Shown: positions 23,247 to 34,733 of the stretch, piece after piece
Layout of the letters: the number at the start of each line of letters is the position of its first letter
Numbering within the stretch: position 1 is the stretch's first letter
DNA from: Nitrososphaerales archaeon
Lineage (GTDB): Archaea; Thermoproteota; Nitrososphaeria; Nitrososphaerales; UBA213
Length of the DNA: 64,000 nucleotides
Direction: 5' to 3'
Assembly (NCBI GenBank): GCA_965197925.1
Contig: CBDAOC010000020.1
Location: 512,001-576,000, forward strand
The notes under the pieces: model-generated
What the model was told of the DNA's origin: nothing
What the model saw: only the letters and a program-made list of their open reading frames with translations
Database searches by the model: none
Program-made: the position numbers and the translations under genes

Positions 23247-23441
23247 ATGGCTTGTCCTTACCCATCGTTCGAAGCAGTTAAGAACATGAGTTCCCTTAAT
23301 CCTAAGGAGATCCTTGAAGTTGTAACTGACAATGATGAATCGGCCATGAAATCAATACCTTCTGTTTGCGAAAAACGTAATTGGGAATTTATTGTAATTG
23401 AAGATGGTGTAGATCTTTGGCGAGTTAGGATCAAGAAATAA
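23247..23441 (+). CDS. TusA/SirA family sulfur-carrier protein, possibly 5'-truncated
   Basis: CPYP motif, LEVVTD, W-R-I-K-K tail. Confidence 0.7.
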   Translation: MACPYPSFEAVKNMSSLNPKEILEVVTDNDESAMKSIPSVCEKRNWEFIVIEDGVDLWRVRIKK

Positions 23442-23637
23442 AAGTAGATATTTCTACACAAATTATTTTGTCGTATCCTTTACCTCTGGATTATCGTGAA
23501 ATTTGTCAAATGGTATTACACCTAAGTCTCAGCTAGTTATCAAGGGATGATAAGTATAATTCAGATGCAGTCGTCAAAAGTCAATCAGCGGCATGTTTCT
23601 TAAAATTAAAGTAGAGCGTAGTATCATTCTGATCCCC

Positions 23638-24465
23638 ATGAAGGGCAACAATAAAGTGGAAGATCATTACACAAGGAGTAATCTTAGGGATATTATTCTT
23701 CTCGAACTACAGAAGGCAGGAAGAGACATCAATGCACTAACGCCGGAAGATCTTTCACCGGTAGACGAATTTCATATTCGTGGTCGTGAAGCAACTAAAG
23801 AGCTGGCAAATCTTGCCGATCTGAAACGAGATTCACATGTTCTTGATGTAGGAAGCGGAATAGGAGGACCCTCCCGATATCTTGCGTCGGAATTCGGTTG
23901 TTATGTAACTGGCATCGACCTAACGGAGGAGTATTGCCAAGTCGCTAAAATGTTGGCCCAGCGAACTGGATTGAAGGATCGTGTTAATTACGAGTACGGA
24001 GACGCACTGCAGATGCCTTTCGATGATGGAATCTTTGACGTAGTATGGATGCAACATACCACAATGAACATTGAAGCAAAGTTGAAACTATATTCTGAAA
24101 TATATCGTGTTCTGAAACTTGGAGGTAGGCTTGCACTCTACTAGATCTGCTCTGACGGTGGAGGATCTGTTTACTTCCCAGTGCCTTGGGCTCATGAACC
24201 TTCGATCAGCTTTCTGGTTTCTGCGGAACAGATGCAACATGATTTGAAAAATACAGGATTTCGAGTTCTCACTTGGCGCGATGCGACAAATCCTGCTCTC
24301 GAATGGTTCCTCGAAATGTTGGAAAGGCAAAAGGTCGATAGATCGCCCTTGGGTCTTAACGTGCTCATTGGACCTGAATGGGGAACGATGGTTGCGAATC
24401 TAATAAAGAATCTAAAAGAAAATCGTATCGCTCTAGTGCAAGGAGTATTGGATCGGAGGAATTAG
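23638..24465 (+). pseudogene. SAM-dependent methyltransferase (sarcosine/dimethylglycine MTase-like) with in-frame TAG
   Basis: DEFHIRG, LDVGSGIGGPSR; TAG 24142-24144, then in-frame FPVPWA. Confidence 0.85.
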
Positions 24466-24481
24466 TATCTGCTTTTAAGGT

Positions 24482-24520
24482 GAGGCTTGGGCATAATTTA
24501 GTTCGAAACGATCAGAACAG
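24482..24520 (+). mobile_element. Isolated left end of an IS982-like element
   Basis: GAGGCTTGGGCATAATTTAGTTCGAAACGAT matches the element start at 3223. Confidence 0.75.
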
Positions 24521-24651
24521 GTATTCTATGATACTATGATGGGAGCAAACATAAGAATTGCAAGCATTACTACATACTTCTATCAATAATCAAGGAGAAG
24601 CATTCGATAACTCCTTCACAGGTTGAGAATCATTTCGATCTAGGATACAAG

Positions 24652-24859
24652 GGAGTCAAACCCATTGGGGAGGGCCTCCACGTTCCTTGTTGCATAACTA
24701 TGAAATCCATTACTGAATAACGAAATTATTCTGTTATTGTGGTATGAAATTCTGAGTTGCATTTCCAATATTTAACCATAAGACAAAAAATTACAGAATC
24801 TTTGAGTTATGCGACAAAGTGCCTCCGCGGGGAATCGAACCAAATGGGGATTCGACTCC
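24652..24859. mobile_element. Nested inverted-repeat (MITE-like) remnant containing a tRNA-3'-like 22-mer
   Basis: Outer IR GGAGTCAAACCCATTGG / CCAAATGGGGATTCGACTCC; inner IR TTGTTGCATAACT / AGTTATGCGACAA flanked by GCCTCCACG / GCCTCCGCG. Confidence 0.45.
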
Positions 24860-24929
24860 ATAAATGACAGAAGCTATCGGGGTGGCTACATAATCCCTAC
24901 CCATTTTTTTTGATTTTTATAGATTGGGA

Positions 24930-25469
24930 TTATTCATAAGGTAAAGCTCTTTTTAGTTTGTCTAATTCGTTATCTAATCTTCTGTACAATTCTGATTGCC
25001 CAGCTATGAGAGAACTTATTGGTCGCCTAGCGGGGAAAACTGGGCCAAGTAAAACATCATTTCCTATTATTTCATCCAATCTTTTTGGTTCTTTTTGCAG
25101 TGTGCTAGAGATCAAGTTATTCATTGTTTTAATTGCATCTTGAGAAGAAATTCCATGTTCCATTGCAGTCATTAATTTTCTTATAGATCGCTTCGGAAAT
25201 GGTCTCAAACCGTATTGAGTCGTTTTTGGGATTGATTTAGTAAATTTGCTTTCTATTCTTTCCCCAATTCCAAGTTTTCCGGTGTAAATGCTCTCACGTT
25301 TGATCAACCAAGATATCTCTGGACTGTTAATAAATAATTCAGGATAACCTTTCGGACTAGTACCGAAAAACATTTGCAGTCCCAACGGATTTTGTTCGTA
25401 TCTCCTCTGTACATCTTTCCAGATTTGTTCTTCGGACATTATACCCATTTCTAAATCAGTTATCTCCAC
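24930..25469 (-). CDS. Hypothetical protein
   Basis: 179-aa uninterrupted ORF with protein-like composition. Confidence 0.6.
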   Translation of the reverse strand: MEITDLEMGIMSEEQIWKDVQRRYEQNPLGLQMFFGTSPKGYPELFINSPEISWLIKRESIYTGKLGIGERIESKFTKSIPKTTQYGLRPFPKRSIRKLMTAMEHGISSQDAIKTMNNLISSTLQKEPKRLDEIIGNDVLLGPVFPARRPISSLIAGQSELYRRLDNELDKLKRALPYE

Positions 25470-25816
25470 TTCTTTATAATTTGATCTCTAACTAATTGCA
25501 AGTGTAGAGGTTATGGTTACATAGCTATCTGTATTCTTACAAAATTGAAACCGCCAAAATTAAGTCTTAACTCATTTGTGACTATCTGAAAGCATCATTC
25601 TCGATACAAGTATATGGAACCCATAAACATAAAGGCCCGTAGGGCATTGATTACTACAGGTTGTCGGGTTCATCCTTTAGCTTGCCATCAATAGTCTTGC
25701 TTCTCTTATAACACTTACACTCACAATTGTACTCCTTGCATAAATGGTCAAGCTTCATAGTAGCACATTATCTCCATACCTGGGGGTACTGGAAGGGTTA
25801 CTCCTAGCATTCATCT

Positions 25817-26664
25817 TTACCTCAAACCATCCACTATCAGTGTTAGATAAGCTGTTCCTGGATTGTGACCTTCCTTACCGGCATTCACAACTAACTGATG
25901 GTGTTCCTTGCTAAGGTTATCTCCATTGAATGTGTATGTTCCCTCATTCTTTTGTAATTCTACTATACCATCAAGTCAGCATTGATTACATCGGGTGTTA
26001 CGAAATCTCCATAGTTAATCTTGTCACTAAATCTATCTCCTTGAATGAAATTCACGAAGATTGTAGCTAATTCTCCTTGTTCGTACAATGTCTTATCAGA
26101 TTCCATCTGTACTATCAGGTCCCACGATTTCACATTGACCGGCACATTTCCACAGCAGTGTCTTACCCCGGACTTTGAGGGATTGAACGTATCGTTGCCT
26201 TCAAATATAGCAAAGATGCTCATCGTTTGGCTTCCTTAGGATTTTATTGTCTCTGTTGATCCGGGCTTGATATAATAGGGTTCTACAACCCATGTGACAA
26301 AGTAGCTTCCATCAATCCCAGTCACTCCTTTGCCTACCAACTTCTGCTCTGGGGTCGGAGTAAGAGCAAAAATTTTTACAGGTATGTTAGGTAACATATA
26401 ACCCTCACGTGTCATCAAGTTGCCTGTGAATACAATTTTCTCTCCAATATGCAGTACATCATTGGAAATTCCTGAACCGCCATCAACTGCTGCCGATCGT
26501 TGCAGCGGATCTAACACGATTATGGTGGATGTGCCTCGAATGAAAGGACTAACCAGTTCTGAAGGCGTAAAGACTTTTGCCACTGTATTTGTAGTTACAA
26601 TTGAGCCCGTAGAAAGCACTAACGCCAATCCCAATTCTATTGCCATAGGTTTGTTTGATTCCAT
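25817..26664 (-). pseudogene. Secreted thaumarchaeal protein, fragmented
   Basis: Signal peptide; fragments 26236-26664, 25963-26223 and a shifted tail ...HHQLVVNAGKEGHNPGTAYLTLIVDGLR*. Confidence 0.6.
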
Positions 26665-26759
26665 GAGTTACTAGTGTAAGAGGAAAATAAAAGAGGTACC
26701 ACCAACAATTCTACAAAAAATTGAATAGTTAAATTCTCAACACTGATAATTGGCTTTTA

Positions 26760-27425
26760 TCAGGAAGTCAAATTCATTATACATAATTTTCCCATTGTCG
26801 TTAAATCAACACGCAGTTTACCCTTCCCTCTATCTACTTCAACCAATCCTAGATCTGTAAGTCCTCTAGCATCCTTACTGCCTTGTATGTGATAACTAAG
26901 CAAGGGTTTTCCGAAGTGTGATAATTTTCCTAATTGCTCCAAGCCCTTCACCGAGCCTCCTGCATTATCGATGGCCTTTAGAATTTGTATCTTTGCAGGT
27001 GAGATAACTTCATTGTAAGTCAACTTTAGAACAGGTAAAAGCATTGGATTACCTTCACCATCCATGCCAAATGTCTTTATTCCATTTACAAATGCTGCAC
27101 ATAGTGCCGCAGAACCAAGAATCTTGTCCCCACCACTTACATTCATTAATATATGATCAACATACCCTGACTCGTCCTTTATTAGTTCTGCAATTCTTTC
27201 CAAAACATCGTGGAAAAGATTATTTCTTGATACAAACATATAATCTACTTGTATGCCAAGTGTGTTTATGAGATTTGTTGCAAACTCTTCAACTTTAGGC
27301 TTTTGGTCTTCATAACAAAGAACTGCAAGTTTGTTTATGGGAAAGTTCCTTACCCCTATCATAATGTCATTCTCTGCCTCACCAAAAGATACTATCTGAA
27401 TTATATTCTGAGGTATGGAATTCAC
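26760..27425 (-). CDS. CARF-like + winged-helix transcription regulator (Csa3/DUF6293-like)
   Basis: N-terminal Rossmann-like domain with MNVSGGDK motif; C-terminal wHTH LSYHI...LGLVEV...LTTMGK. Confidence 0.75.
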   Translation of the reverse strand: MNSIPQNIIQIVSFGEAENDIMIGVRNFPINKLAVLCYEDQKPKVEEFATNLINTLGIQVDYMFVSRNNLFHDVLERIAELIKDESGYVDHILMNVSGGDKILGSAALCAAFVNGIKTFGMDGEGNPMLLPVLKLTYNEVISPAKIQILKAIDNAGGSVKGLEQLGKLSHFGKPLLSYHIQGSKDARGLTDLGLVEVDRGKGKLRVDLTTMGKLCIMNLTS

Positions 27426-27575
27426 ATATTATGACTATACCCCAATAATTAAACATGAGCCTATCAATTAACATAATTCATTTTCCATAATACTCGAGTA
27501 GCACGAAACCTTAATGTTATTTTTCAGATGCTATCTTCTTGTTAGGGTATGAAAAAGCCCTACAGAATCTATACA

Positions 27576-28140
27576 TTATCCTATCTTAAACAACTTGTTC
27601 TTTTGTACGAAGAAGCTCTGGTCATGACTCTTAACTAGATCCATAATATCGTCCGCACCACCACTGAGCAAGTCTTGCATTCTATATGGGCAATACATTA
27701 CTCCATTAATCCTGTTACCATTGTACAATTCTTCGAGTGCTACGACCCTTCCAAGTGAACTCTGATGGCACAGATCACCCGTCATAAACCCTATAGCGTA
27801 ACTTCGCTTTTCTCCAGCTTCGTCAGTTATTCTCTGCCAGACTTCGTTGAAATACTGTTTACTGTCATCCAATAGGCGTGTGTAGGGAGATAAAGTTACG
27901 TCGGTCCATTCATGGTTCCTGAGGAACTCGATACTAGTGTGTGATACTGGTCCGCAGTATGCCCTAAACCAATTTTCCTTGGTCAGTTCCTCTGAGGCTC
28001 CAAATACATTCTTCAGCGATTCTTCTTCATCATATAAGAGAAGAATATGTCTACTTTCCTCATCTTCCCCAACTTTGGTTTGCAGTCCACCATCTAGATC
28101 CTTAACCGATATTTTGTATCTAGTATGTAATGGGACTCAT
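27576..28140 (-). pseudogene. MEDS-like sensory domain protein with disrupted start
   Basis: Frame open upstream of 27872 (RHILLLYDEEE...) without an in-frame start; MYCPY...LVKSHD tail. Confidence 0.45.
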
Positions 28141-28181
28141 GTTCTTTATACTTAACCTTTAACTATTCAGGAATGGGTTAA

Positions 28182-28227
28182 ATCGTTGGGAGCTAAGGAT
28201 AAATATCATTGGGAGCTAAGGATAAAT
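28182..28227. repeat. 23-bp tandem duplication upstream of doxX
   Basis: ATC(G/A)TTGGGAGCTAAGGATAAAT x2. Confidence 0.85.
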
Positions 28228-28250
28228 CAGAATATGACTAATACAGTTGT

Positions 28251-28685
28251 ATGGAACGAGGCGAGCTAGTAATTCGTAAAAATGAAAACCTGTTACGTGA
28301 TCTAACACACTGGGGGATAAGGGCCTCTATAGGGGCAATCTTCATCTTTCATAGTATCAAGAAATTTAATCCAAGGATGCAAGAATGGCTTGTAAGTATA
28401 GGACTTCCACCCGAACTACAGCTTCCGATTGCCTTGGCAGAATTTCTAGGAGGAATCTTCCTTATTACAGGTATATTTACTAGAGTAACTAGCTCGATTT
28501 TTGCGGTTATCTTACTTGGTGCAATCTTCATGATAAAGGGAGTGGACAAATTTTCAGGCAGTACATTCACTGGCTGGGAATTTGATCTGGTGATGCTTGC
28601 ATCTGTGCTGGCCTTCATCGTAGCTGGACCAGGAAAAGTTTCAATTGCCCATGTTCTAAAAAAGATTCCAGTATTTTTGCATTGA
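28251..28685 (+). CDS. DoxX family membrane protein
   Basis: AEFLGGIFLITGIFTR, GWEFDL, AGPGKVS. Confidence 0.88.
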   Translation: MERGELVIRKNENLLRDLTHWGIRASIGAIFIFHSIKKFNPRMQEWLVSIGLPPELQLPIALAEFLGGIFLITGIFTRVTSSIFAVILLGAIFMIKGVDKFSGSTFTGWEFDLVMLASVLAFIVAGPGKVSIAHVLKKIPVFLH

Positions 28686-28875
28686 AGAGCATGTATTATG
28701 CTGTGATCAAAAAGTTGTACAGAATAAGTATACGATAAACACTTGACAGGCCGTTGCTAACAATCAAATACTGATTACAAAATCCTGACATCTATAGAAG
28801 AGGGATAGAAGATTATCTTTTTTTGATATTTTAACACATCTTGTGTAGTTAATACATCGAAATATTTCTCACTTA

Positions 28876-29931
28876 GAGCTTATCCGAAAATTAACATCAC
28901 GGCCTGATTGTTTATACCGAAACAGATCTAGATCTGTTCTCTCTAGCTAAATTTGTGAGAAAATCAAAGAAAAAGAGCATGCCGACCATATGGCATATAC
29001 CAGACGATCTATGGGAAGAGTTCGAACTAGTGCTGCCGCCAAGGAAACCAGCAAGAACAGTTGGAAGGCCAGCTGTGCCATTTAGAAAAGTGTTGAATGG
29101 AGTACTGTACGTATTAAGAACTGGATGCCAGTGGAAGAAGGTGCCGAAAGAATTTGGTTCTGGCTCAACTTGCCATGCAAGATTTCAGGAATGGATTGGG
29201 ATAGGAGTATTCAAGAAGGTATGGAAGAGGCTGCTGGAAATATATGATGAATTGAAGGGTATAGGATGGGACTGGCAATCCATGGATAGCGTACCGAAGG
29301 CCCCATTAGGGGGAAAACGACCGGAGCAAACCCAACGGATAGAGGCAAGCTAGGTACCAAACGTCACATGCTGGTTGATAGAAGAGGAGTACCTCTCTCA
29401 TCTGTAATTACTGAAGCAAACAAGCACGATATGAAATCAGCCTTTCCTACAATAGATAGCATTGTTGTTGATAGGCCCAAAGTTAAACAGAACATATGCA
29501 TGAATAGGATATGATTTCCCTGAGATAGAGTATGGAGTATGAAATATGGAGTTAGGAAGGGGATATGTGGATCACATTCGTCATAAGGGTGAAGTGTTGA
29601 AAAAGAATTTGTACAAAGCAAAGAGATGGGTTGTAGAAAGAACCGCATCTTGGCATAACAGGTTCAGAAAGTTATTGGTAAGGTTCGAGAAGAGAGAGGA
29701 AAATTATCAGGCGCTAGCAGAATTTGCTAACTGCCTAATAGTGTACAGAGCGATATATTGGTAGTGTCATAAACACGTTAATGCAACTGTTTCTAGTATC
29801 TATTATCTACAATACTAATAAAATCAATAGTAAGAAAACTAAACCTGACAGTTTGAACTAATATTCTTGCATTCTAAATGTTATCATTTCTACCAATCAT
29901 TAACTATCAGCTAGAATTTTAGGATAGGCTC
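28876..29931 (+). mobile_element. IS5-family (IS427/IS1031-like) insertion sequence, defective
   Basis: TIRs GAGCTTATCCGAAAATT / AATTTTAGGATAGGCTC; orfA YVLRTGCQW, orfB RWVVERT; DKGYD region disrupted. Confidence 0.9.
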
Positions 29932-29933
29932 TA

Positions 29934-30953
29934 AGTCATACACGTCTTGTCTACAAATATGTTCTAGAACAAGCGTATAAAAACAAAACTAAGCATTGGG
30001 ATCCCGCTGACACAAAACTTTCAGATGGAAAATCAGAATTGGATCACATAGAATGGAGCACGATTTCATTTCAAGAAATGCATGAAGGCCCTTTTGCGGC
30101 AAGAAATATAATTCCTGTGCCCATGGCTTGGACAGGTTTAGCTCCCAACTACCCAGATTATCCCTCTAGCTCATACTTTGCGGCAAATTGTGGCTTCGTG
30201 TTTGACATGCGTATGCAAGAAAGCCTATTGATTGAATTACAGAATAAAATAAATGACTTGCATAAAATTCATAGTCAAACTTGGACGCTACAATCGAATG
30301 AACCTGAATCTGATAGCCGAACATATTATATGACGGGGTTTTCGGCACAAAGTTTGGTTAAAACCGTTAAGGAGAAGAATCTTTATAATGTAAATATGGC
30401 ATGGGTAATTAGAACACTAGAAGCTGTTAATTATATTATAACAGGTAGATTCGAACAAGAAATAACTGTCACCGCATATCTTCCATACATTCCGCGATTG
30501 AACAGGTTTCCAACCATAAACCGAACTAATAAAAAATATGAAGTTAAAACTATGCGTGCCTCAGTATTCTTAGTAAATCTAGAGCATTTGGAAGGGGGAA
30601 TAGGATCTAATGATATTGTATTTGGAGATGAAGACTATATGACTAGAAACAGAATTTGTGATGTGCATCCCTATCTTTATTTGAAAGAAGAATGGACCGA
30701 GTGGATAAAAGCTGTACGCTTATCTAACTTCGACGCTTTTGTGAATAAACTGATGGATAATTCTGTTCCATATAGCGAACAACTTCGACATATGCAACCA
30801 CAAGTCTTGTTTGGCAATCTAAGCACTTCAATTGAAAAGAATCGTCTAGTTCTTACCGGCTTTAATCTTTATGTAGAAAAATATAATCCAAGACCAATTT
30901 CACAAAACACTGTATTATGTTTATTGTTTAACCCACAGGTTCATTCTGTATAA
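29934..30953 (+). pseudogene. Hypothetical protein, 5'-truncated by IS
   Basis: Frame of ORF 30039-30953 stays open back to the IS junction (SHTRLVYKYVLEQ...). Confidence 0.65.
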
Positions 30954-31097
30954 AATGCCTTTTTGTTATTCCTAAATTGATCTGTATACCATTATTATTC
31001 GACATTATGTCTTGAAGTATAAGGTGGCATTTATCCTTGTACAAATTAAATCCCAGAAAATGTATTGTTGGTATCACCAGAAAGGAAGAATGAGTAA

Positions 31098-32153
31098 GAG
31101 CCTATCCTAAAATTCTAGCTGATAGTTAATGATTGGTAGAAATGATAACATTTAGAATGCAAGAATATTAGTTCAAACTGTCAGGTTTAGTTTTCTTACT
31201 ATTGATTTTATTAGTATTGTAGATAATAGATACTAGAAACAGTTGCATTAACGTGTTTATGACACTACCAATATATCGCTCTGTACACTATTAGGCAGTT
31301 AGCAAATTCTGCTAGCGCCTGATAATTTTCCTCTCTCTTCTCGAACCTTACCAATAACTTTCTGAACCTGTTATGCCAAGATGCGGTTCTTTCTACAACC
31401 CATCTCTTTGCTTTGTACAAATTCTTTTTCAACACTTCACCCTTATGACGAATGTGATCCACATATCCCCTTCCTAACTCCATATTTCATACTCCATACT
31501 CTATCTCAGGGAAATCATATCCTATTCATGCATATGTTCTGTTTAACTTTGGGCCTATCAACAACAATGCTATCTATTGTAGGAAAGGCTGATTTCATAT
31601 CGTGCTTGTTTGCTTCAGTAATTACAGATGAGAGAGGTACTCCTCTTCTATCAACCAGCATGTGACGTTTGGTACCTAGCTTGCCTCTATCCGTTGGGTT
31701 TGCTCCGGTCGTTTTCCCCCTAATGGGGCCTTCGGTACGCTATCCATGGATTGCCAGTCCCATCCTATACCCTTCAATTCATCATATATTTCCAGCAGCC
31801 TCTTCCATACCTTCTTGAATACTCCTATCCCAATCCATTCCTGAAATCTTGCATGGCAAGTTGAGCCAGAACCAAATTCTTTCGGCACCTTCTTCCACTG
31901 GCATCCAGTTCTTAATACGTACAGTACTCCATTCAACACTTTTCTAAATGGCACAGCTGGCCTTCCAACTGTTCTTGCTGGTTTCCTTGGCGGCAGCACT
32001 AGTTCGAACTCTTCCCATAGATCGTCTGGTATATGCCATATGGTCGGCATGCTCTTTTTCTTTGATTTTCTCACAAATTTAGCTAGAGAGAACAGATCTA
32101 GATCTGTTTCGGTATAAACAATCAGGCCGTGATGTTAATTTTCGGATAAGCTC
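31098..32153 (-). mobile_element. IS5-family insertion sequence, inverted copy of 28876-29931
   Basis: Same TIRs and identical ORF translations; flanked by TAA on both sides. Confidence 0.9.
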
Positions 32154-32515
32154 TAAGTGATTAATAGACTTGTCGGTTATTTGAACTTCAGGAAAAAATA
32201 AATCATGCCTAATCTGACTGGTACTAATATCCTGATTGGAAGGATACAGAGCATTATATGTTGCGATCATTATGAGCAAAATTCTTGGAATTACTTGAAC
32301 TATTTAAGATAGTCATCCTAATGATTTTATTGTCTAAAAGTGATATTGTTGAATAAAGCAAAAGTCTAATTGATTGGTGCTCTAGATTGAGAGTGTATGA
32401 TCCTAGGATAATTTTATTAGTATTTTTGTCAACATGTATTCAATTTGATATAATGGAGAAATGATTGTTAATTTGTAAATTCTTCAGTTTTATGATCATT
32501 TCTGCTGAATCACAA

Positions 32516-33494
32516 CTATGAGAACAAGATACGGGCTTCCACCGGAGCGTGGTCAGAAGATTTGCTAAATGTCGCTAGAATATCATTTCGAATGACTCCT
32601 GACTGTGGAATTAATGTAATCTGGCCAGACTGAAAGCTAGGAGAGAATAAAATGTGATCTATTACTAATCTTTCCGAAGGTCCTTCATTACCAAACTTCA
32701 TAGTATAGTGCTTACCTAGTTCCTTTAGGTTCTCCAGAATCTCCTTCTCACATGCATTGAGAAAGAGTTTGTAAGGCTCGCGCATAGAACCTGTCACAAT
32801 ACTAGCAAAATCTCCTCCGAGACGATATTCGAACGGATCCAAACCAATCCCATCATTCATGTCCCCACAAATTACTAAGTTTCGACCAATATCCATATCC
32901 AATAGGTAATTGATCCAGTTACGAATGTTTATTGCCTGTGCTAATAGTTTACGCCGATTTTCTATCGCACCGCTAGAATTTGATGACTTTTTGGATTTGG
33001 CATGAAGTATGAAAAATTTGATCGGACCAATTCGTACTCCACCATCATCATAACTAAGGTCTACTTCCAAAGGTAGTCGGTGATGGAAAAAATCTCTTTT
33101 CCAATGTTTGGATCGATTATCTTATTCCAGTCCTGAAAGGGACCATTATATTCGGAATTTCGCACTTCAAAATGCGTAAGATTCCGATCATTTCGATATA
33201 ATACCCAAACCATCTGGGTATCTCCATAGGATCTCCCCGTCTCAGGATGTCTATCCCTCTTTGAGGCTCTGATACTATTATACATCCTTCCAAGATACTC
33301 ATCCACAAAGGAATTCATCTCCCCATATTCATTTGGACCTTCTTGGATCGCCAAAATGTCTGGATTCAATGTTGTAATTGCAGAACTGATCTGCTCCAAC
33401 CTCTCTTTAGAATTCGAATCTGTCTTAGTCTATTGTTGCTGAAAAGAGCATTCATCCACTCAATGTTCCAAGTTACGATTTTCAACTCAGTCAT
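32516..33494 (-). pseudogene. Endonuclease/exonuclease/phosphatase (EEP) family protein, two frameshifts
   Basis: VTWNIEW, PDILAIQEGP, LHAKSK, GDMND, IDHIL, SDHAPV motifs across three frames. Confidence 0.88.
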
Positions 33495-33799
33495 TATGCC
33501 AACACCTTATAATTCAGGGTACTATCAACATAGCTAGAACAAAGAATCTAACACATTCATATAAATTTTGAATTGCTGTATTTAATCTAATTATCCCTTA
33601 TCTATCGATATTGGTCTCCAAAAATCAATATTTAAATTGTAACCTCAATTAAATTGTAACCTCAATTCTAATAGGTTCAATTTTACACATTACATTATTT
33701 CGATACTTTTGATTAATTCATAAACAATATACCCTCATTGGTAAGCAAGCAAAAAAAGTTAGAGGCGGTGTCTAGAATTAATCAAATAAACATTATCAA

Positions 33800-34474
33800 T
33801 CAATCTGAAGAGAAAGAACTTTGGGTTAATATTATTATAGGCTCCTCCTTTTTTCCCTTTATTAGAAGAGTGCCGAGTATCTGCTTCCATTTTTTGGAAT
33901 TTATCGTTTTTGGATAAAAGATATTTTTTTGCCTGACATTTTTAAAACCTGTTTGCTTGAGTAAATCTACCCATTCTTCCCTTGAATGCATTTCCATCTT
34001 TACATGAAACTTCGTTGGCCATGAATGACTTGACTTATTTTCCAGATAGTAGTCAATACCACATAGAAACATCCCTCCAGGTTTGAGGAGATTATATATT
34101 TTTTTTAGGGTGACATTAACTGGAACAATATAATACAACGATTCCATGGAGAATATTACGTCAAACCTTTTTCTTGTATTCCATTTTAGAAGGTTTGTAC
34201 GGACGAAATACTCCTTTTTTGTTGCCTGTAACTTAGCCCTCTTAATCATCTCATTGCTAACATCTAGACCCCAAGCAGATTTGCACAGTGGATTTTCAGA
34301 GACCTTACGTACAGTCCATCCATTACCGCATCCTATATCCAGGAAATCAAAAGAATGCCCAATCTTCAATTCCTTGAGCATAATTTTCACCCCGTAGCTA
34401 TGCTCTTTTTCCAATAATAGATCTAGACCTTGAAGTGACCATTGGTCAAATAGGGCTCTAACATTATCTTTCAT
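33800..34474 (-). CDS. Class I SAM-dependent methyltransferase
   Basis: LDIGCGNGW, FSMESLYY, LKPGG. Confidence 0.88.
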   Translation of the reverse strand: MKDNVRALFDQWSLQGLDLLLEKEHSYGVKIMLKELKIGHSFDFLDIGCGNGWTVRKVSENPLCKSAWGLDVSNEMIKRAKLQATKKEYFVRTNLLKWNTRKRFDVIFSMESLYYIVPVNVTLKKIYNLLKPGGMFLCGIDYYLENKSSHSWPTKFHVKMEMHSREEWVDLLKQTGFKNVRQKNIFYPKTINSKKWKQILGTLLIKGKKEEPIIILTQSSFSSD

Positions 34475-34733
34475 GTATCAGTTCCTCTTTCGTAGACATC
34501 ATATCTATTTGAAGGTTAAACTGAAACAAGCACTTCCAACGTTGATTATTACACCCGTGAATATTAAACCCATGACTATTATCCCCAGAACAATGTACCC
34601 AATTTACATTATACATTAATAGGATTGCGCTCGAAGGTCCACTAGTAATTCCGGAGACTTTTTAATCTTGATATTTTATTCAACAATATTATTGTGTCTG
34701 AACATAACTCCTATTTTGTTCAATCTACAAAAT

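Noticed and set aside
24142..24144. Pyrrolysine readthrough of the in-frame TAG in the methyltransferase
   Set aside because: The position fits a GAG-to-TAG nonsense change, no pyl genes are in view, and neighbouring genes are widely pseudogenised.
33632..33667. 17-bp tandem duplication (also a 13-bp pair at 15253-15279)
   Set aside because: Two-copy AT-rich slippage duplications with no further structure.
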